Source: Eledone cirrhosa | Lineage: Eukaryota | NCBI GenBank assembly: GCA_964016885.1 | Contig: OZ024743.1 | Span: 301,196,001-301,260,000, forward strand | Length of the DNA stretch: 64,000 nt | Reading direction: 5' to 3' | Part shown: positions 42,371 to 58,000 of the stretch, one piece after another | How positions within the stretch are numbered: the first letter of the stretch is position 1 | How the letters are laid out: each line of letters opens with the position of its first letter | Program-made: the position numbers and the translations under genes | The notes under the pieces: generated by a model | Database searches by the model: none | What the model saw: the letters and a program-made list of their open reading frames with translations, nothing else | Told to the model about the DNA's origin: nothing

Positions 42371-45300
42371 TTCGTTTGTTTTGCAACGTGTGTTTTGAAA
42401 TATATACTGTTATACTCTGGGAGGGTCATGATGCAAGCGCACGCACCTGAGATTTTCAATTCAATTCATTATAAATTTCCGGTCGGTCGGTTGGTTCAAT
42501 AACAGGATGGTTGATTATATATTGCCAAATCTCTTTAGTCACATATTCTGTGACCTCCTCAGTGACTAGACTTTTATTTTGCTTCTCTCCTTCTGTCCTA
42601 CACCATCTTGTTTTTGAGTGTTGTGTCACACAACACTTAAAAACGAGATGGTTAATGCATTCTACATTAACTATTATCTAGTTTTCACTGTTTTATTTGA
42701 GATGGTATGTTAAAAATTGAGGAAGATTCAATATATGGTCTTCTTTGTTGCAAGTCACACCAACATGTGAGTCAAATAGTGATGATCAAATGTAATTACG
42801 CATTATAGCTGACTTCTCAGTCCATATTCCTAAGAATGTCTCCTCGAAAAATTGTCAGGGCAACTGATGGAGCCACGAACATGTACTAACTATTGACTGC
42901 ATATTTTAAGTCTGCATAACCAAAATGAGAGTAATTAATAATAGTATGCGTCATGTAGCTTTGGAGCTGCTGGTGGGGTTGTTATTTTGTTCCGTAGTAA
43001 TATTACCGTATTACAAGGTGGAGTATATTAGTCGTAAGTAATTTGTGACGTTTCTATACAATGTTCTTTTTTCATCACTAGCACTTACAGCTGTGTTGAA
43101 TTAGCTGGAGAGAGTTCAATTAGTGTCGAGTTATTTGATTTAATATTTTATTTCATTTTCTTTACATTGAAAACGAAAGAATATTGGGTCTTGAATGATA
43201 TAACAAATGTTGATGTTAAGAACGATAGGAATATAAAGTTTCACTTTCGAAGCACTTAACGGAATAAACATAACGTTTAAAGAGAGTGGAATGCATTGAA
43301 ATTGGATACTGAGCCGTTAAAGAAGCGGAAGAGAACATCATTTTATATCTAAAACGTACTAGTAATAACAAAATATAGCACATTACTCCATTAGCTGAAT
43401 TAAATATCAAATGTTCTTGAACGGTGTTTTGCTGTCCCAGATCTGCCTTATTAATATTTTAACTTCGATGATCATCTCAATTTATTCAGGCTTCATATAT
43501 CTTGCATTGTATTATGCAATGCTTTATCCTACGATTAAGGTATGACTGTTACTCATTCATCAAACTTATGTCAGCTATAACTATAATCCCAATACAAGAA
43601 GAGAATAACAGCATTCAAAATATTATAGTCTCAGTGAGTACGTTCAAATCCTATATTTTACTGAATAGCAAATGACAAACAAAATAATCATTTCTGGTGT
43701 CTAATATATTTGTGTTATGATCCTGACATCAAAAAACGGAACGTTGGAAATAAAACGTGCAACACATATATCACCTCCGTAAGATATATCCACGCTGTCC
43801 AGGACTAACTATTGATTTGTGCCTCATTCAAAATTACAAATGTTATAATATAATTATATTTAAAGAAATTCCTGTTTTATATCAATTCGGAAGAGTGTGG
43901 CATGTAAAAAATAATAAAAATTGATTGCATTTTTCATTTCATTTTACCATAGATATTTAATATAATTATTAAGGAAAATATAAGGAATACAAAAAAATGT
44001 ATATACATAGAAAAAAGACTAAAGAAGGCAGAAAGAAACATATTTTTAAAATGTATCAGTGATGGAAATAATTGGCCATTACATGTAAAATGTGATGGGG
44101 GAAATGAATTCACTTATCTTTATAAAACCAAAGTTTATAATTGCACAAATGCACCGCTATAAGGAAGGAAGAAAAAAATAATAAATTTAATTTGTTGAAG
44201 GACATACGTATTTAACAAAATCTAGAAGAGAATTTCAATATTTTTCTTCTCAATTTATGTTCCTAGATGCTACACTGAAACATATTCAACGTATTTAAGT
44301 GTAATAAAGATTAGAATATATAGCTATTTCAGGTTTTAACGTGACCTATGACACATATTAATACTTTCACTATATTTAGTACTTATATCTTTTTGGTTAT
44401 TAAGAATCTACATTTGGTTACGAGAGACGCATTGGCGAAATCACTAATAATTTGGGATTAGATCTGAAATAAACACCAACACAATTATGATGAATAAATA
44501 TTCGCACTTTACCATTATGCATGATCAATTGTATTGGTGTACAAGTAAGTGGCGTTTATATGTGTTAATGCAAAACAAGGATGTGTTTCTAAATTATTCA
44601 AGGTTTCTTCGTATTTTACTCTCCGCATTTCTAATTGTTTCTACTTTTGGCACAAGGCCAGGAATTTCTCAGTGTATTACTGGTACTTTATTTTATCGAC
44701 CACTTAAGGATGAAAGGCAAAGTTAAACTCGGCGGGTAATAATAATTGTGTCTACTTTTGGCACAAGGCCAGCAAAATACCCAGTGCATTACTGGTACTT
44801 TATTTTATCAACCCCGTAAGGATGAAAGGCAAAGTTAACCTCGGCGCGATTTGAACTCAGAATGGCAAGGGCCGTAACTCTATGCGTCAAAGCATGGCGT
44901 CCGACTCTCTACCGAGACTTCCAATCAACAATAACTTACAATTAGATACCGCTCTTCATGGTTGAATAACATAATTATAATCTGAGTTTTTCGAATAATA
45001 ATAACAATATTCGAATTTTTTGCAATTAAACAAACATCCTCTTTTAAGCCATGTCAGTAGAATGGGCGACTCATGGCCGTCCATTTTTCTCGTTCTATTC
45101 ATATGTTCCCTGTCAATCAAAGTTGATCCTTTTGGCGCAATTAATGCTATAGGAGGTAAGGTATGAGTGAAATGCCCGCGCACTGCCACAGCCGTCTAGG
45201 TCTGTAGACACCCACACACGTATCCATGGTGCGCGTAAGCGCAATACATATGGGCTCGTATACACACACAACAATTATACACACACCAAGATTGACCACA

Positions 45301-45379
45301 GAACATATAGAAAATGCATTGAGAAAGCGATTAGAAAGGATTATGGAACTACATGACAGGACAACCGTCATAGAATCTA

Positions 45380-46137
45380 CAACACGATTAAAAAATTATT
45401 AACGGGACTAGAAGTAGCCGGCAGTACCGAACAGTATATACCTAGAAAACCGAGGGTTTCTATAAAGGATAACACATTATACTTTAAGACAAACCACCCG
45501 GTTAGACTAATAGCACACTCCAAGTCGGACCTAGGTAGGGCCAGTAAGAATATAATAGATATGATCCTGCCAACGCTTAGGACTAGAACTAGACTTAGCC
45601 TCCTATAGACTTCCTCTAAGGAGGTAATTGACTGGTTCACAGAGCTGCGTAGCAAACAGCAAGTGGACTTCGTTCAGCTGGACATAGCCAATTACCACGC
45701 TTCCAGTTCACTAGTAGTTGTGAACAAGGTCCTCATGAGCGCAATGGCCAGGTCCAATCTCACTAGAGGGGAAGTGGACATCATTATACCAGCTAGAAAG
45801 ACGCTAATAAGTTTTGAGGGTAAATTATGGGAAAGGCGAGACAGACCCGACAGTTTCGTCATTACCATGGGGTCGTCCGACTCCGCACAGGTGAGGGACC
45901 TGGTGGGAATTTAACTCCTCCATAAGTTAGTAGAGGAGATACCAGGGAATGGCGGGGGAACATATAGAGACGACGCACTATTTACCTTCCGCTCACTAAA
46001 CTCTATCCAGGTGAAGCGCATGCGGAAGCGCCTCGCATACTTCTTTAAACAGCACGGCTTATCACTACGGTGAACATCCTAGACGTATCCTTAGAATTGG
46101 ATACTGGTCTATACCGGCCATATCACAAGCCCAATGG
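45380..46137 (+). pseudogene. Penelope-type reverse transcriptase fragment
   Basis: VSIKD...PVRLIAHSKSDLGRASK, VIDWF, FVQLDIANY, ITMGSSDSAQVRDLVG, GGTYRDDAL, NILDVSLEL...YRPYHKPN. Confidence 0.9.
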
Positions 46138-47160
46138 TGAGCATTGAGAGCCATCAGTTGCAGTATTCCGGTGGTGGGAGATCTCTAGCTCCGAATTGAT
46201 GGGATGGTTTGAACCATTAGCTTCTTTTTTTATCCTAGCCTGGTTCCTCTCTGAGAGACACGGCACTTGTTGACTCGAGTGGCGGCCGATCCGGTATGAA
46301 TTTTTATTATTTGACATTGGATTTATTTTGTTGCGTCTTATCCTTAACCGCCAATGGGGTAATTATTTCGAATTACCACTGCTAGAACGAGTGTCAACCA
46401 AGACTAAAGGGGTCACCCTCCCCGTGAGGTAGGGCTAATCCTCGCCAACCGCTAACCAGGTATTTCTTGGTCACGGTTTATTTTTTAATTATTATCAATG
46501 TTTTCTTAATGTGAGCCCTCTGTGGCTAATGAAGTAATTATTATTATAATATACTTGTGGCCATTGTTGATATCGCGTTTGTTGTTGTTGGCTGTACCGG
46601 TGGTGCTTTGGCTTTTTCCAGTGGGGGATGGGGATTTCTATTGTTTGTGGGAGACATTGGTGAGATAGTAACTGTTAATATTGAGATGCTCACAATTTCA
46701 TTTTGACGAGCACTCTGTCAGTCTATTTATATCTTTTTGTAGGACTCTTCCTTTTTAATCTTGTCTATTGTTACTGCTACCTTCCCTCTCCTTCTCAGTA
46801 AATTTGATGTATTTTCTTTAGTGAAAGTTAGATGGTGGGGGAGTAGTGGTGGTAGCATTGATGGAGTGCTGTTGGTGAAGTAGCAGTAGTGGTGGTAGCG
46901 ATGTGGTAGTGGTACTGTCGTGATGGCGTTGTTGTTGTTGTTGGTTTGTCTCGCTAAATGTTCTAGCCATTACAATGTGATGTTGTGTTTGTTCGATTTC
47001 TTTTTGTTAGTTATTTCTTGGCTGTGTTCTGTTCAGTAGCGTTGTGGTTTGTTACTTATATTTAATATACAGGTCGACAACTTTCCTTAATCCTTGAACT
47101 AAACATTTTGAGAAAACTTGAGATACAATATTAATTATTATTATTAACTTGGGATTAGTT

Positions 47161-47222
47161 GTTGTTAATGAAAGCATACCGGTTGTTAATGAAAGCATAC
47201 CGGTTGTTAATGAAAGCATACC
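47161..47222. repeat. 21-bp tandem repeat x3
   Basis: GTTGTTAATGAAAGCATACCG repeated. Confidence 0.9.
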
Positions 47223-50200
47223 TGTTTTCTTCCATTTGTAAACGTTTTCCTTTTTTAATATAACATTTCTTATACAAAATTTAATTTTTGAGCCATATGC
47301 CAGGGCATTATGGGAGCTCACTTCCTTATTTCCATTTGCAATACGAATTATTATATCAACATTGTTTTATATGTATAAAAACAAAAAGGTTTATATAAAA
47401 AAGGATATACGTTGTGTTTAATTACAATAAACTCGATATCAAGTTTTGCTCTTTTCACAGCTAACAGATAAACGCCTAAAAGAGCAAGCAGCTGTTTTGG
47501 GAGTTTATCTCATATTGGGAACATTTACGCCAGTAATTCTCAAACAAGATTAGGAATAAAGCCTCTATACTTTTTGCGGATAAAACATCGTCGGACGCTT
47601 CTCATTTGCAAACACTGTGAGCCTAACATTTTCCAGGTAATATAGAGTAATAGAGGCATGCACATGGTGAGTTTTATAATACGAATGTATGTGAAAACAT
47701 ATACGATATGTTTATGCATAATGAATACACAAGACCTTCGATCTGTATTTATTTAGAGCCCATTCTTTTCATATTCACCTTAATATACTCATAAATCAAG
47801 ATAGCTTTAATATTTTTCATGGGATCACCCACAGAGTGAAACAATGTAATCTGTTGCAATTTGCTCTCATTAAAAATAGTGGAAACTATTGTAATTTGTT
47901 CTAATAAAATTTGACTGAGTATAGTGATAGTTAACATCTGTAATCCGCATTACCTATTATTTCTTAAATTGTGAGTATTCAAATTATCATCATATGAGCG
48001 CGTGTAGTACATAATATTTACACTATTTCATCTATAAACGAAGGTACCAGTCCTTTGAAATTGCTGGCCTTGTACAAAATGTAGAAACAATTATTAGGCA
48101 TATAACTGCAAAAATTGTAAATTCCTTGCAATTCAATCAACAGAAATTAATTGTGCAAGAAATTACCTTCACATACCCAATTCAATAACATTTTTATATA
48201 TTTTTAAAATAACATCAATTATATGTCCGAGAATTTCCTCATGGAAATTCTGGGACACATATTTCTGTCGGATTCGTTTAACATATTCGGAAATATTTCA
48301 TTCTTTATTATACGGAGAATTTCAGACACAATCACACCTACACGTGTGCACAAATACACACTTCTACACGCACACACACCGACACACATACCACACACAT
48401 ACATACACATACACACACACCCACCCACCTACATACACACACATATACACATACACTCTCTCACACACACACACACACCTATAGATATATATAGACATAT
48501 TTAAATTCAATACTACACCGAAGACGTGACACGGAAAAACGCAGGAACACGCGTTCGTTGAGCAAAATAAACTCATTCTACATGGAGTGTTTGAAACGAG
48601 AATGTTCTAGCACAAGGCCAGCAATATTGAGGAAGCCAAATGTCGATTAAATCGACTCCAGTGTACTGCTGTTGCTGTATTTTATCGTAAGGATGAAAGG
48701 CAAAGCTAATCTCGGCGGGATTTGAAATCAGAAAACAAAGGGCCGTAACTCTATGCTGCAAAGCATGCTGTCCTACGATCTAGTGGTTCTGCCAATCCAC
48801 CACCCTTCTCATGATAAATATATTTCGAGTGAGTGAATAGAAAGAATATACCTATCCAGCACCTCTTAGCTGATTAGTAATCGGTGGTGAAACGTGTTCG
48901 ATTATTTAATCAAATAAATCTCTCTTCAAACTTTTTCTCAAAACTTGCTTGAGTGTGTGGGTGGGTGTGATTGTGGATTGCTGACTACTCAGCAGATTTT
49001 AACAGAGCGTGTTAATACAGCCACTTCAGAAAACCCTTTGTTTGGTTAGAATTAATGAACCTTGAAAATTAGGAGTGCCTGCATTTGTATCATTCTGTGT
49101 CACAGAGATTTTTTAAATCCATCAGCCAATGGCCACAACCCATTACAATCACCTCCTTCCCCTACCAACAGAAAATGTATAATGCCACCATATCACATTG
49201 ACAGTCGGCTTTCCTGATGATTTCCTTCGAATGAATCTGTTCTAGTCATGTAGGAGCCATTTCCATATTGAATATATATATATATATACGAGGGTCGGAA
49301 TTAAGAGTATTCCGCAGTTCACAGTAATGATAATAATATTAGCTCAGAGGAATAGAGAATTTTCTCATGACCTCAGATACAAATATATTACACAAAGAGA
49401 AGTGTGTTACACAGTGTGATGTGTGTAAATAATTATTACAAGTGAGTTTTACCATTACTGTATAGAAAACAATATCTATATGTTTAGCAATTAAATAGAA
49501 AAAAAACCTAAGTCAGAATTAAATCTCTGAAGTAGAGTTTCAAATTACCAACCTTATAACCTTGAGTTTGCTGATACGAATCTAGTTCGTTTCCCCACAG
49601 AAATGTGTAGTTCTACAGCCCACAGGTTCATCAGTCAGCAAATGTGGATTCTGTTTACGACACATCTAACCTCATGGATAGAGAGAAAGCTAATATACAC
49701 GCTGCCCAGGGTAGGGCGAAATCACTTGTTATTTGCATCAAATAACGGCTCTCATGGATTGGGGAAAATGCTAGAGAGTGCAGCCCAATCATTCGAATTT
49801 ATTAGCTCAAGAATTTGGAGCTCGTTATATAGTTTCCATTTATTTAATATCATTGAATATTTACTCCAGTAACTTGTTGAGTGCTCTAAATCAGTTATAA
49901 ACATTTATGTTTGTCGGACTTCCAACAAATTAAATCCCACTTCTACTTATATATATATATATCCGCAGAATGACCATCCCCAAATATCGTCAGTCGATCG
50001 ACTTTCGTCAAATCGGACCGAGGAAACGATGTTTCCGTGGCTCTTTCCAATTGCTAATATTATCTATCGGTCACAACTCCAGGTAGAAGGAGAAACGTGA
50101 ATAAAGTGTCTTGCTCAAGGACATAACACATCACCCGGACCGGGAATCCAATTCTCTTACCACTCAGCCACGCGCCTTCACTCCCCAAACTTAACAATAT

Positions 50201-51360
50201 ATAATTGTTTCTACTTCTGACACAAGGCCAGCAAACCCAGTACATTATTTTATCGACCCCGTAAGGATGAAAGGCTAAGTTGACCTCGACTGGATTTGAA
50301 CTCAGACCGTAAATGGACGTAAATATGCTGGAAAGCATGGCATCCGACCCTCTACTGATACTGCAAATTCACCATGATAGTTACACTTATTTTTTTATTG
50401 TAAAAAATTTGTAAGTTTTTCAGATAAATTCCATGTTATAAAAAAATTCAAACTAATATATGTCACTGCAATTGAGTTGTAGTTTCCATAATTCATATTA
50501 TACCTACTAGTAATAAATCATACCATCTGTTCTTTAACAAAAGTAAGATTGTTTCATTTTCAAACATACAAGTTGCACGTTATTTTTGTTGTGAATTGTT
50601 AGTTACAGCCGCTAGTCTTAAATCAAGTATAAATTTATCATAATTAAAAGGAAACTAAGTTTAAGTAATGTTTTTTTTTTAGATGTAAATAAAAATATCA
50701 TTATTCATAATTGAAATCAGGAAACGAAGACAAAGGCAAGGGCTAGGGGGTCATAGAAGATTGTTTGTCTCTGAGCCTAAGCCGCGCCGGTGTCGAGGCT
50801 GCGCACCCCCAAAAAGTCCAGAAAAGAATTTCCGCGGAAAATGTCCAGCGAAAATCTGCTGCAACACCCACTCCACCTCACGTGGCTCCCTCATTAAATC
50901 ACGCTACCGCCATTACGAACCTGCATAGGGCGCAGCAGTAAGGGATCCGAATAAGACTGATATCTCGTCGCTGACCGTTGCGAAGAAGAAGCGGCCGGGC
51001 ATCCTCCGTATTTGTTTATCGTCCTTTACCATAGTACCGGGTTTGTAGCCGAAGAGACTAATTTGGAAGCGGAGAAAATGTCATATTATGTGGCGTCAGT
51101 CCCACATGAGGGATCTACATTCAAGCAATTGTCTAGGAAATGAGTGTTTACAGTTACCTAGTGAGGAAGCACATTTGGCATTCATATATGAAATCGTTCA
51201 TAACACTACAAGCGAAACCAGGAGAAGGAGAATACCATAGATGGAAACATTGATGTATAGACACATTTGATAAGTGTTCTAATATTTCTGTGTTTTATTC
51301 TACTATTCATTATAGACTATACACACACACACATATGTACATGTATGTATAAATATATAA

Positions 51361-51418
<58 letters not shown>

Positions 51419-51421
<3 letters not shown>

Positions 51422-51757
51422 ATAAAATAACAGGAGGCTGGACTTGTGTAAATCCTTGAAAGGTTTATTATACTATGATCATTTCAATGACCGGGTTCCG
51501 TATGACTCCGGTGATATCATCAAGTATTCGAAATATAAGTAAAGGAATATTACAAATAAAATCCATGGGGCTGAAAATCATAGACAAAAGGACCACCGAC
51601 CATCTAGCATCTTCTACTTTATTAACTCCGTGCTCGCAACACCAACTACACAAACGAAGACGGGTGAGCTGCATTGCGTTGAGTACTCTCCATAATATTA
51701 CATCGGGATTGACCATACGGAATGACCAATGCTCTCCAGTGGTGAACCTACAAACCT
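51419..51757. mobile_element. PLE end fragment with minus-strand hammerhead (51470-51527) and plus-strand tail
   Basis: ATAC-TTGATGA-...ACCGG/CCGGT...-GAAAT-GATC-ATA-GTAT then AATAAA; tail motif TTGAGTACTCT; (TA)n flanks. Confidence 0.6.
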
Positions 51758-52474
51758 ATATATATATATGTGTGTGTGGGAGGGTTGTGTATATTTATAT
51801 ATATACATGTGTGTGTGTGTAAATATATATATAGAGAGAGAGAGAAAGAGAGAGGGAGAGAGTTATAATCAATCGATGAAAATGAGTTAGATGTCAAATG
51901 AGTGCAACATTAGACTATATCGAACATATGCACATAAAATACAATATACTTTAACAGGCATGACATTGCACTTAGAGTCTATTTAATTAGAAACGCCTTC
52001 TCATTCTTTAAATGCTTTAAGCGAAATTTTTTAGTTAAAGGAATTTCATTGCACTAAATCACTTGTTAATATAATTTGAGTGTTTTTTAATTTCAAATCG
52101 GTTTTGGTAATTAAAGTGAAATCAGATTTAAATATGTTAAATATATCGGGGCCCGTAACAATATTTCCTAGGCATATTTGATGCGTTTCGAAGAATTAAT
52201 AATCATGGAATATAAATGTGCACAGTTACACACAGTTGAATATACATGGTTAAATTGATAAAAAAATATGTGTAGATATCGTAATATGAAATTGCATGTA
52301 ATTGCATCACATGTATCAGACTTTGATTTGTTTAATTCAAGCGATCATTCATTACGACAATCATTTCGATACTCATTTGTATTTAAGATTTGTTTTCATA
52401 TAATCTTTCCTTATGCACACATTACTAATTGGTAAACAAACAATTCATTCACATAAGCAATTATACAAACACAC

Positions 52475-52577
<103 letters not shown>

Positions 52578-52629
52578 CATATATACACACATATATATAT
52601 ATATATATATATACATATATATATACATA

Positions 52630-53043
<414 letters not shown>

Positions 53044-53047
<4 letters not shown>

Positions 53048-53826
53048 TATGTACACGTATATACATATATGTATACAGACGTAGAGTAGTATGTATATAT
53101 ATATTCATACATGCATACACATATATATGTACGTATGGATTCACCGAACATTTATTATAATGGTCGGTGTGTTTGTAAACAAACATCCCGTGTTAAGCCG
53201 TAGTGTCTAGCAACCATCGTTGCTCGTTTGTTCAACACTGACAAAGGAACGCTGTACTAGTTTCAAGCTTATTAGCTATCGTCAGCAACGTATACCTTCC
53301 TGCCATATTGTTGAACGTATATACTTCTTATGCATATTAACGGCTGAGTAGCCCAATTTGCATATCGAGTGGCTAATCGGCCGGGTGCACCGAAAACGAT
53401 AAACGGGAAAAAAGAAACGAAATTTCACTTCCCACTCGATATGCAAATTGGGCTACTCAGCCGTTAATATGCATAATGTAAGTATATAAGTTCAACAATC
53501 TGGCCGGAAGGAATACGTTGCTGACGATAGCTAATAAGCTTGAAACTAGTACAGCGTTCCTTTGTCAGTGTTGAACAAACGAGCAACGATGGTTGCTAGA
53601 CACTACGGCTTAATACGGTATGTTTGTTTGCAAACACACCGAGCAATATAATAAATGTTCGGTGAATCCATACGTACATATATATGTGTGTGCATGTATG
53701 TATATATATATATATATATACATAATACTGTACGTCTGTATACATATATGTATGTACGTGTACATACTTATATTTAAGTAACAGCCGTAATAAGAATGGG
53801 AAATGAAATTTCGTTTCTTTTTTTCC

Positions 53827-53830
<4 letters not shown>
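53044..53830 (+). mobile_element. PLE-like end element with ~340-bp inverted arms (53044-53372 and 53433-53772) and a tail
   Basis: Reverse-complement arms, a hammerhead in each, (TA)n flanks. Confidence 0.85.
53515..53557 (+). ncRNA. Type I hammerhead ribozyme (mirror at 53249-53291, -)
   Basis: ACGTTG-CTGACGA-T-AGCT-AATA-AGCT-T-GAAAC-TA-GTA-CAGCGT; palindromic stem III ACTAGT. Confidence 0.85.
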
Positions 53831-53879
<49 letters not shown>

Positions 53880-53886
<7 letters not shown>

Positions 53887-54120
53887 AAAAAGAGATGAAA
53901 TCGAAAATGCAACTGGAGTCTTATTTTTTTTAGACCCTCCATCTCAACTCACCTTTTGAAAAGCAGAAGAACTGCGAAACCGGTAAAGGAACCAAATAAA
54001 TATATATATCCTTAAAAAAAATAAGACTCCAGTTACATTTTCGATGTCATCTCTTTTTCTTTATACATTCACTCGTGTAGGACACCTCGCTTATTTTTCA
54101 TTTTGTAAAAAAAACCTCAC

Positions 54121-54126
<6 letters not shown>
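53880..54126 (+). mobile_element. Short PLE end with ~48-bp inverted arm and a tail
   Basis: 53880-53928 is the reverse complement of ~54017-54065; (TA)n flanks. Confidence 0.8.
53952..53989 (+). ncRNA. Type I hammerhead with U3-A8 core
   Basis: CCTT-TTGAAAA-GCAG-AAGAA-CTGC-GAAA-CCGG-TA-AAGG followed by AATAAA; stems I and II perfect. Confidence 0.8.
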
Positions 54127-54215
<89 letters not shown>

Positions 54216-54217
54216 CT

Positions 54218-54413
54218 CAGATCAGAGCAAACAGCACGGACACTCTATCTCAAAATTATTTTTGAAAAGCATTTAGAAATGCGCAACCGGTAAAAACTTA
54301 AAAACTTAAAACCACAACTGAATACTAACCCATACAATCACTAATACTCTTTTATTCCTAATTAAACCATTTTTCAACCGTGAACAATTTGTCAGCATTT
54401 TCTATTCTGTTTA

Positions 54414-54420
<7 letters not shown>
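54218..54420 (+). mobile_element. Single-arm copy of the 12.6 kb palindrome unit, with the GCAA hammerhead-like motif at 54259-54297
   Basis: Near-identical to 12598-12800. Confidence 0.9.
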
Positions 54421-55046
<626 letters not shown>

Positions 55047-58000
55047 ATACATTTACATATATATATATATATATACAAAATATATATACGAAATCATAGA
55101 TGCACATGCTTACACGTATACAGAGAGATAGGCAGATGGACGTGTGTATATATATATATGTCTGATGTGCACGCGTGTGTGTGTATGTGTGAGTGCAGTT
55201 TGTATCGCTTGGGTGTATAACGGGAGTAAATATGCTTAAGGTTATGAGTGCAATTAATTTACGACGTAATTACTCATCACTAATAAAATAAAATTCCGCC
55301 GATAGACTAATATATTATCAATACTTTCGTCAGATTCTTCTAGTGGTATTAAGGTTAGAAATATATACAACTAAATATTTATTTATAATATATAACTGTG
55401 ATTAGGCTAACGAGTTCAAAATATTCTCGCGAGTTGTTAATTAAAAGCGCTCTAAATACTATAAAATTGCATGAGACTTCATTTCTTTTTTCAACATTCG
55501 TTTCCCGACATATTTCATTAGATGCTGAATCAATATTACAATTTGAAAATACAATATATTTTTTTGGTTTTGCAAAGCTACATAAATATTTCAGACAATG
55601 CTACTCAAGTAGATAACGAAGGAGATATAAACATATAAATCGATGAATTTATAGTTTATATTGTTCCAGTCTTAAATCGTTTAATTACAAGAATATGTTA
55701 TGAAAGGTTGTGGAATTATATGTGACGAAATATCTATACGTAACTTTATTGTTATGTGTCATTTATATCTTTAGCATCATCATGTGTATAAAACGGGGAT
55801 CGTCTAATATACTTACAAAGAAATCAAAAGGAAAACGTATTTTTCAATAAACTTCAAACATAAAGAACATATTTAAATTAACATAAAGGGTGAAATACAT
55901 ATTTTGCTTTATTTCGCTTAGTCATCGCTGGTTAAAACAGCACATTTCTATCTTCAATAGTTTCAGAGATACGATGGTGATCACTGTCGATTGCAATCAA
56001 TGAAGCGAATATATTGAATGAAAGCATATGCAACTAATGTTTCGGTGGCTGGATAATTTAGATTGAAGAGATGTACAAAGAAAAAGATAACAATCATTAG
56101 ATAAAAACAGGGTATTTTAAAACGAGGTAACCCAAGTATAGCGTATATACCAAGTTGCTGTTATTGTAAAATGTGTGATACAGAGATATCAAACAACTGG
56201 CAATTTATCTGCTGCTTTCAGAAGCTTAAATACAGAGATATATTTCCAGCTGGATGATATCTTTGTATATCTAAGTTTCTGAAAGCAAATACGCTGATTT
56301 CGCCAACAGATATTTTAGATTACTTGCACACACTCGTTAAGTGACTGTGATAAGTGCAGCTTGACACGCATACATTGAATGTGTGGTATTTTCAGACTTT
56401 CGTATTTTCTGATATATTGTCATATTCATGTATCAATATTCGTCAACGTTAATACAGCCTGCTGTAGAAATTGTGAGAATATGAAATCTGAATTACGGCA
56501 TAAAAACCACAATGTCTAAAAATAATATTGTGAGAATAAGAACAACATAAACATCACCCATGCCATATATTATATGCTGCGAACTAGTAAAATAAAATAA
56601 CCATTCAATAATAAACCCTTGAATAGATCAAACAAAACACAATACCACGAACAGCAACATATATTTCACCACTGGTTAGATACCCATGTATTATAAGATA
56701 ATGCAGCAACTAAAGGGTAAAGTTGCTTCGATTATTACCCAATAAGGTTTAACAATTGCTAAACATACACATGCTCACAGCATTCTCGATATAACGCGTT
56801 CTAAAAAGCAGTTACTATAATTGATTTACGAAACAGAATTTAAATATTTTATGAACCTACCTAATAATATTATGTGAATAAAACCTTCCTTTAAAGGGAT
56901 TAAAGTAAAAGCATAATGCAACCGAAAACGTAACTACTTGTATGAACATGTCTGTGTAAGTGCATGCATGTGTATTTGTAGATCTTCATAAAAGAAAGAT
57001 CTTTGTAGATCTTCATAAAAGGAATTACAGAACTACAACACAACATCTTTATAGCATATCACTAGATCTGGAAGGTTATCTATTTCATATCAGTATTTAT
57101 GTTTATACAAATCCTTCGTTAGCCTGTGTTATTCAAATTGACCACTTTCCAATGCACATCCTTAACTTTTAGATATTATCTACCTGTGTATTTCTTGCTT
57201 CATTTAATCACAAACAAAGAATTCGAACGATAAGAATAATAAAGATTTGACATCCACGTCTTAATTACTGTGAAATTCAATCTATTGTATGCTGCCCATT
57301 TATAAACACAAAAATGAATCACAGGTAAAATCTTACATTTGCCATTGACTCTAGTCATAACCAAAAATAATATACGCATGGAGTATAGGGACATCAATAT
57401 TATCAGTGACTTCAACATATGTGTGGTTATATACATTTCCAGATAAACGCATAGAAGTACAACCTTTGAGCCCCGATAGCGTCTACCTCCCAACGTCTCC
57501 CGTACGAAATAATATGATAAAGTGTTAGAAACTGACAAGCCGATGCTTGCAATGTACAATCTAGAACAGATACTGTATACATGTGTATGAATCTACACAT
57601 ACAACAAAAAGTATATACCCAACATGGTTAAGTAAGGAACAAAGCCAATTAATATGATATGAATTAAGTTCGACTGTATATATGAGATCTAAAATGTCAT
57701 TGGAAAAAATATGGCATAAATATTAAAAGATAGATATGATAAATAGGAATACTAGAATACTTTTGTTACTTTCAATGTCATTGAACAGGTAAGCTAGGGA
57801 TTTTCTGCATGCAAGTATCCTTAGGAATTAATATTATCAAATGTTTTTCAGGTGAAAACTTGAAAACAAGAGGATATGAACACAATTCTGAAAGTATATA
57901 TGCATTCAAACTTCACAAATTAAATTTGAGATAGGTAGCTGGCAATGAATGTTTGATATTCTTGCTTATTAAACTCCGCTTCTCATAGAAATAGCTTCCT

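Noticed and set aside
47461-47636. Exon-like segment on + (ttttcacag| ... CAG|gtaa)
   Set aside because: Stops in all three frames and no recognisable domain; could be non-coding but unsupported
57184-57267. Possible upstream exon on - (tttcacag| ... ACAG|gtagat)
   Set aside because: The hydrophobic frame contains a stop and the ATG frame has the wrong phase; no further support
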